Below are positions 60,513 to 64,000 of a DNA stretch of 64,000 nt, in pieces. Position numbers and translations under genes: made by a program. The notes beneath the pieces are model-generated. The model was not told where the DNA came from. It did no database searches and saw only the letters and a list, made by a program, of their open reading frames with translations. Source of the DNA: Pseudomonadota bacterium (GTDB taxonomy: Bacteria > Myxococcota > JACRCW01 > JAFGSX01); NCBI GenBank assembly GCA_043821645.1, contig JBDRCO010000076.1:96001-160000 (forward strand). The letters run 5' to 3'. The first letter of the stretch is position 1. Every line of letters begins with the position of its first letter.

Positions 60513-61502
60513 TCACGACACGAGGACCACCTTGCCCAGGTGCGCCATGGAGTTCATCTCCTGGATCGCGTCCTGCACCTTCTCCAGCGGGTGGCACCGA
60601 TGTACGCGGGGTGTCAGGGCGCCGGATGCGAAGTGTTGCATCAGCGCGTCGTAAATTGCGTCGAGGCGTGAGCGTGGCCAGCTCTCCAGCGCGCGGGTGA
60701 GCCAGAAGCCCTCGACGCGGCGCTGGCCAAAGATCAGGGCACCGGGATCCAGCTGCAAGGTCTCGAGGCTGAGCGCGCCGTACATGACCATCTGGCCACC
60801 CTCGCGCAGTGCCTTGACACAGGCGCGCCCGGTGGCGCCACTGACCGCATCGAGCGCCGCGTCGGCTCCCTCGCCACCTGTCATCTCCCGGGCGGCCAGG
60901 ACCAGACCGCCCTGGCCCTCGACCACGACGTGTTCGGCCCCTGCGGCCTCCAGCGCGTCCACACGGTCAGGACGGCGCGTGGTGGCGATGGCGCGGAGCC
61001 CGAGATGGCGGCAGATGTCGAGGGCTGCCAGCCCGGTGGGGGAGGTCGCAGCGGTGAGCACGACCACCTGGCCCGCCTGCAGCTGCATCACCTCGACCAG
61101 GCAGATCCAGGCCGTGAGGTAACTGACGAAGGCTCCACCCGCCTGCGCGTCGTCGAGACGTTGAGGCGTCGGAAACACGTCCTGCGCGCGCACACACACC
61201 TTCTCGCACCAGGTTCCACTGCCGATGGCTGTGCCGTTGCGCAGCATCACGCGGTCTCCTGGCGTCAGGCCGTGGACCTCAGCGCCCAGCGCAGCGATCA
61301 CGCCGGCGCCTTCGCGTCCGGGGATGGCTGGCAGGTCGGGCAGCCGGGCATAGCGGCCGAGGACCATCAGGATCTCGGCGCGGTTGATGCCGCGCGCCGT
61401 GAGCGTCACCAGGACCTCGCCCGGGCCAGGACTGGGGTCCGGCAGATCTTCGATGACCAGCGCGTCAGGGCCTCCGTGCGCGTGTAGCCGCACTGCTTTC
61501 AT
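60513..61502 (-). CDS. MDR-family NADPH:quinone/enoyl reductase
   Basis: MKAVRLHAHGGPD, GINRAE, PGREGAG, HLGKVVL; no catalytic Zn ligands. Confidence 0.85.
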   Translation of the reverse strand: MKAVRLHAHGGPDALVIEDLPDPSPGPGEVLVTLTARGINRAEILMVLGRYARLPDLPAIPGREGAGVIAALGAEVHGLTPGDRVMLRNGTAIGSGTWCEKVCVRAQDVFPTPQRLDDAQAGGAFVSYLTAWICLVEVMQLQAGQVVVLTAATSPTGLAALDICRHLGLRAIATTRRPDRVDALEAAGAEHVVVEGQGGLVLAAREMTGGEGADAALDAVSGATGRACVKALREGGQMVMYGALSLETLQLDPGALIFGQRRVEGFWLTRALESWPRSRLDAIYDALMQHFASGALTPRVHRCHPLEKVQDAIQEMNSMAHLGKVVLVS

Positions 61503-62173
61503 GTGTTGTCCTCGTTCTTGCTCGCAACCTGCGCCCCTCGCCAGCCCGTGGCGACGATGTAGACCTCCTTGCTGTGGGTCCGCGTCGCCCGTGGCCGGAT
61601 CTGGCGTACCTGGGCAAAATCCTTTTGCAGACCAAGGATCAGGTGTGGCACATCTCCGCCGTCAAAGATCTTGGCGACCACGCCACCTCCGGTGGACAGC
61701 AGTAAACTGGCAAGGCTCAGCGCCCTCTCGACCAGGGACATGGAACGGGCCTGATCCACGCCCTTGATGCCGGTGGTGTGTGGCGCCAGATCCGACAGCA
61801 CGACGTCGAAAGCACCGCCCGCGGCTTCGCGGAGCCGTGCCGGATCTACGGTGAAGACATCCGCCTGCAGCGTGATAACGGTGGGTCCAAGTGACAGCGT
61901 CACCGGTTCGAGATCCACACCCACCACGCGGCCGTGGGGGCATATCGCGCGAGAGGCCAGCTGGAGCCAGGCTCCGGGCGCACAGCCAAGATCGAGCACG
62001 CGCGCCCCGGGCTGGATCACGCGGGTGCGGGCCTGGATCTCATCGAGCTTGAATACCGAGCGCGCCGCAAATCCCTGTTCCCGGGCCTTGTGGTAGTAGG
62101 CATCGTGCCGCTCGTAGGAACCACGCTGTTTGCGGTCACGACCGCCGGGTGCTGGGCGTCGTCGATCTGTCAC
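61499..62173 (-). CDS. rlmE: 23S rRNA Um2552 methyltransferase
   Basis: ARSVFKL, LDLGCAPGAW, GVDL, SDLAP, K, SKEVY. Confidence 0.92.
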   Translation of the reverse strand: MTDRRRPAPGGRDRKQRGSYERHDAYYHKAREQGFAARSVFKLDEIQARTRVIQPGARVLDLGCAPGAWLQLASRAICPHGRVVGVDLEPVTLSLGPTVITLQADVFTVDPARLREAAGGAFDVVLSDLAPHTTGIKGVDQARSMSLVERALSLASLLLSTGGGVVAKIFDGGDVPHLILGLQKDFAQVRQIRPRATRTHSKEVYIVATGWRGAQVASKNEDNT

Positions 62174-62176
62174 GAT

Positions 62177-62986
62177 CTACCTGGGAACCACCAGCACCTT
62201 GCGTGCTGCGCTGCCACTGATGTCCTCGGCCACCACCACCACCTGTTCCTCGCCCGGGGACAGCGCGGCCATGAACTCGCCTCCGGAGTCGGGGTACGTC
62301 ACCTCGCCGTTGACGTACACCCGGCTTCCCGGCGTTACGTGCCCGCTGACCGTGGGCAGTTCACCCGGTCGGGTGCGGGCTGCCACCTGCACCTTGAGGG
62401 CGAGGTCGGGCACCTGGTCTGTGACCACGGCCGGGGCCAGGGGAGAGAGGATGAAGACCTGACCGGGCTTGACCTCGGTCGGTCGGTCGTCGCCCTCGTG
62501 AACCAGGGCGGTTCCCTCGACACAGAGCCCGCACAGGAGGCCCTTGCCGTCGGCGATGATGTGGAAGGACCCCGGGAGCAGCTCGACGTGACTTGCCGCA
62601 GCCAGGGATCCGACGGTGGTCCCGGCGGAGTGGTCGACCTCGATGTGCAAGCGCCCGTTATCGAGCAGCCACTGTGGACCCGTCGCTGCTGCTCGGCGGG
62701 AACGGATCCCAGTGCTGTCGTACAGACGCAGGGTGCCCCGTGCCGTCTCGACCGAGGCGCTCGAGAAATCGCCGGTCCGGACCTCGGTGTCCGCTGCGAT
62801 CCAGGATGCCGGCGTGGCGCGTTCGGGACGCCCTCCACTGGCGCGCACCTCGACCGTGCCCACGACCTCGCGCACCACGCCCGCCCGGCCCCGGTAACCC
62901 AGCGGATGCCCCTGCTTGACCAATGTGACCCCGACCAGTGCCAGGGCAGCCACCAGCATCGCTGCCGCAGCAATCTTGAGCCTCAT
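62177..62986 (-). CDS. FecR-like exported protein with C-terminal Ig-like domain
   Basis: N-terminal signal/TM, V.G.VEV...VRTG..S.A, CVEG..V, VSG.VTPG..VYVNG. Confidence 0.6.
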   Translation of the reverse strand: MRLKIAAAAMLVAALALVGVTLVKQGHPLGYRGRAGVVREVVGTVEVRASGGRPERATPASWIAADTEVRTGDFSSASVETARGTLRLYDSTGIRSRRAAATGPQWLLDNGRLHIEVDHSAGTTVGSLAAASHVELLPGSFHIIADGKGLLCGLCVEGTALVHEGDDRPTEVKPGQVFILSPLAPAVVTDQVPDLALKVQVAARTRPGELPTVSGHVTPGSRVYVNGEVTYPDSGGEFMAALSPGEEQVVVVAEDISGSAARKVLVVPR

Positions 62987-64000
62987 CGCCGTCTCCGTCT
63001 GATGCGGGAGGCATGATGCGCGTCTTTGTCCGACAGCGTCAACCCGCCTGGGGGCTGCAGGGGCGAGACGGGCAGGCTCGGAAGATCCCGGTACCAGGGG
63101 GAGGCCAGCCGGGGGTTGAAGGTGCCGAAGCGGAGGCCGGGGTGGCGCGACGCCAGTTCGAGAACAAAGCCGCGCAGACCCAGCCTCTGCCCACGCTGAG
63201 TTGGCAGCATGGCGTTGTAGTGCACTGGGTCCACGCACAGGTTGCGCAGCTGCACCATGTCAAGGACGCCGTCGGCATGCAGCGCGCTCACGGCCTCGAG
63301 TTCGTCGTGGCGATCGGTCCAGCCAGGCCAGAGCAGCAGGTTGATCGATGTGAAAGCACCGGCGTCGTGCGCCGCCCGCAGACTGGCGCGGACCTCGTCG
63401 AGACCGTAACCCTCGGGACGGAAATAGGCCTGGAACACCTCGCTGTCGAAGCTGTTGACGGACACGCGCACTGCACCGACGCCTGCCCGAACAGCCTCGG
63501 AGACCACGTCGGGGCGGGAGCCATTGGTGTTGAGGTTGATGACACCGCGCGCGGTCTGCTTGCGGGCGAGTTGCACGCCCTGGATCAGGACGTCGCTGTT
63601 GATGGTTGGCTCGCCTTCGCAACCCTGGCCGAAGCTGACCATGGCCTCGGGAGCGTTCTCGACGTGGTCCACGATGACCTCGGCGATTTCCTCGGCGGTC
63701 GGTGTGAAGCGCAGCCGGAACTGGGGAACCGGAGCGTTCCACTCGGGCGCTCGCGACAGGCAGCCCAGGCAGGCTGCGTTGCACGACGGGGCGATGGGCA
63801 GCGCCCCCTCCCAGCGCTGGTAGAAGATGTTCTGGGAGCAGCGACAGTGGTAATCGGTGGCGCAGGTGGCGAGCTGCGTCAGCACGCGGTTGTCTGGATG
63901 CGCCGCCAGCCGCTCAGCCACACGCGCGTCGAGGTCGGGCAGGTCGTAGAGCGAAGGGTCCCAGCGCGACAGCTCATCGACCTGGAACATGGCCGCGAGA
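62983..64000 (-). CDS. Radical SAM protein (5' end outside window)
   Basis: CNAACLGC (CxxxCxxC), SFGQGCEGEP, NLNTNG, RVSVNS. Confidence 0.88.
   Translation of the reverse strand, partial: LAAMFQVDELSRWDPSLYDLPDLDARVAERLAAHPDNRVLTQLATCATDYHCRCSQNIFYQRWEGALPIAPSCNAACLGCLSRAPEWNAPVPQFRLRFTPTAEEIAEVIVDHVENAPEAMVSFGQGCEGEPTINSDVLIQGVQLARKQTARGVINLNTNGSRPDVVSEAVRAGVGAVRVSVNSFDSEVFQAYFRPEGYGLDEVRASLRAAHDAGAFTSINLLLWPGWTDRHDELEAVSALHADGVLDMVQLRNLCVDPVHYNAMLPTQRGQRLGLRGFVLELASRHPGLRFGTFNPRLASPWYRDLPSLPVSPLQPPGGLTLSDKDAHHASRIRRRRR

Noticed and set aside
62983-64000. Radical SAM protein as maturase of the YG-repeat protein
   Set aside because: No C-terminal SPASM Cys cluster and 28 kb away in an unrelated operon

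Overview
GC-rich chromosomal window with myxobacterial (Myxococcota/deltaproteobacterial) hallmarks: Ser/Thr kinase-PEGA, DUF4388-like/TPR proteins, an AgmX/PglI-type gliding protein, a PilZ protein and several Cys-rich lipoproteins. The taxonomy is inferred from gene content only. It carries about 50 CDSs, including housekeeping genes (dnaK, tyrS, waaA, maeB, truA, cutA, speD, cobB, rlmE, dciA-like), plus the RNase P RNA gene rnpB. No tRNA, rRNA, CRISPR array, integrase or transposase was seen. Most notable: (1) a 167-aa leader+lipobox protein whose five tyrosines all lie in repeated (L/V)YG motifs, a candidate multivalent radical-SAM splicease (beta-amino acid/ketoamide) substrate; (2) a sphingosine-1-phosphate-lyase-like gene coupled to an FGGY kinase and an MDR reductase, with a ceramidase-like lipoprotein elsewhere in the window, a possible non-canonical sphingolipid catabolic route; (3) a small islet of FAD oxidoreductase + nucleoside-deoxyribosyltransferase-like gene, divergent from an RHH regulator and an unannotated 53-aa ORF; (4) two related RND permeases lacking adaptor/TolC genes; (5) an NYN ribonuclease abutting rnpB; (6) an AT-rich palindromic patch hidden inside truA. 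All product calls come from motif recognition by eye; no database searches were run.
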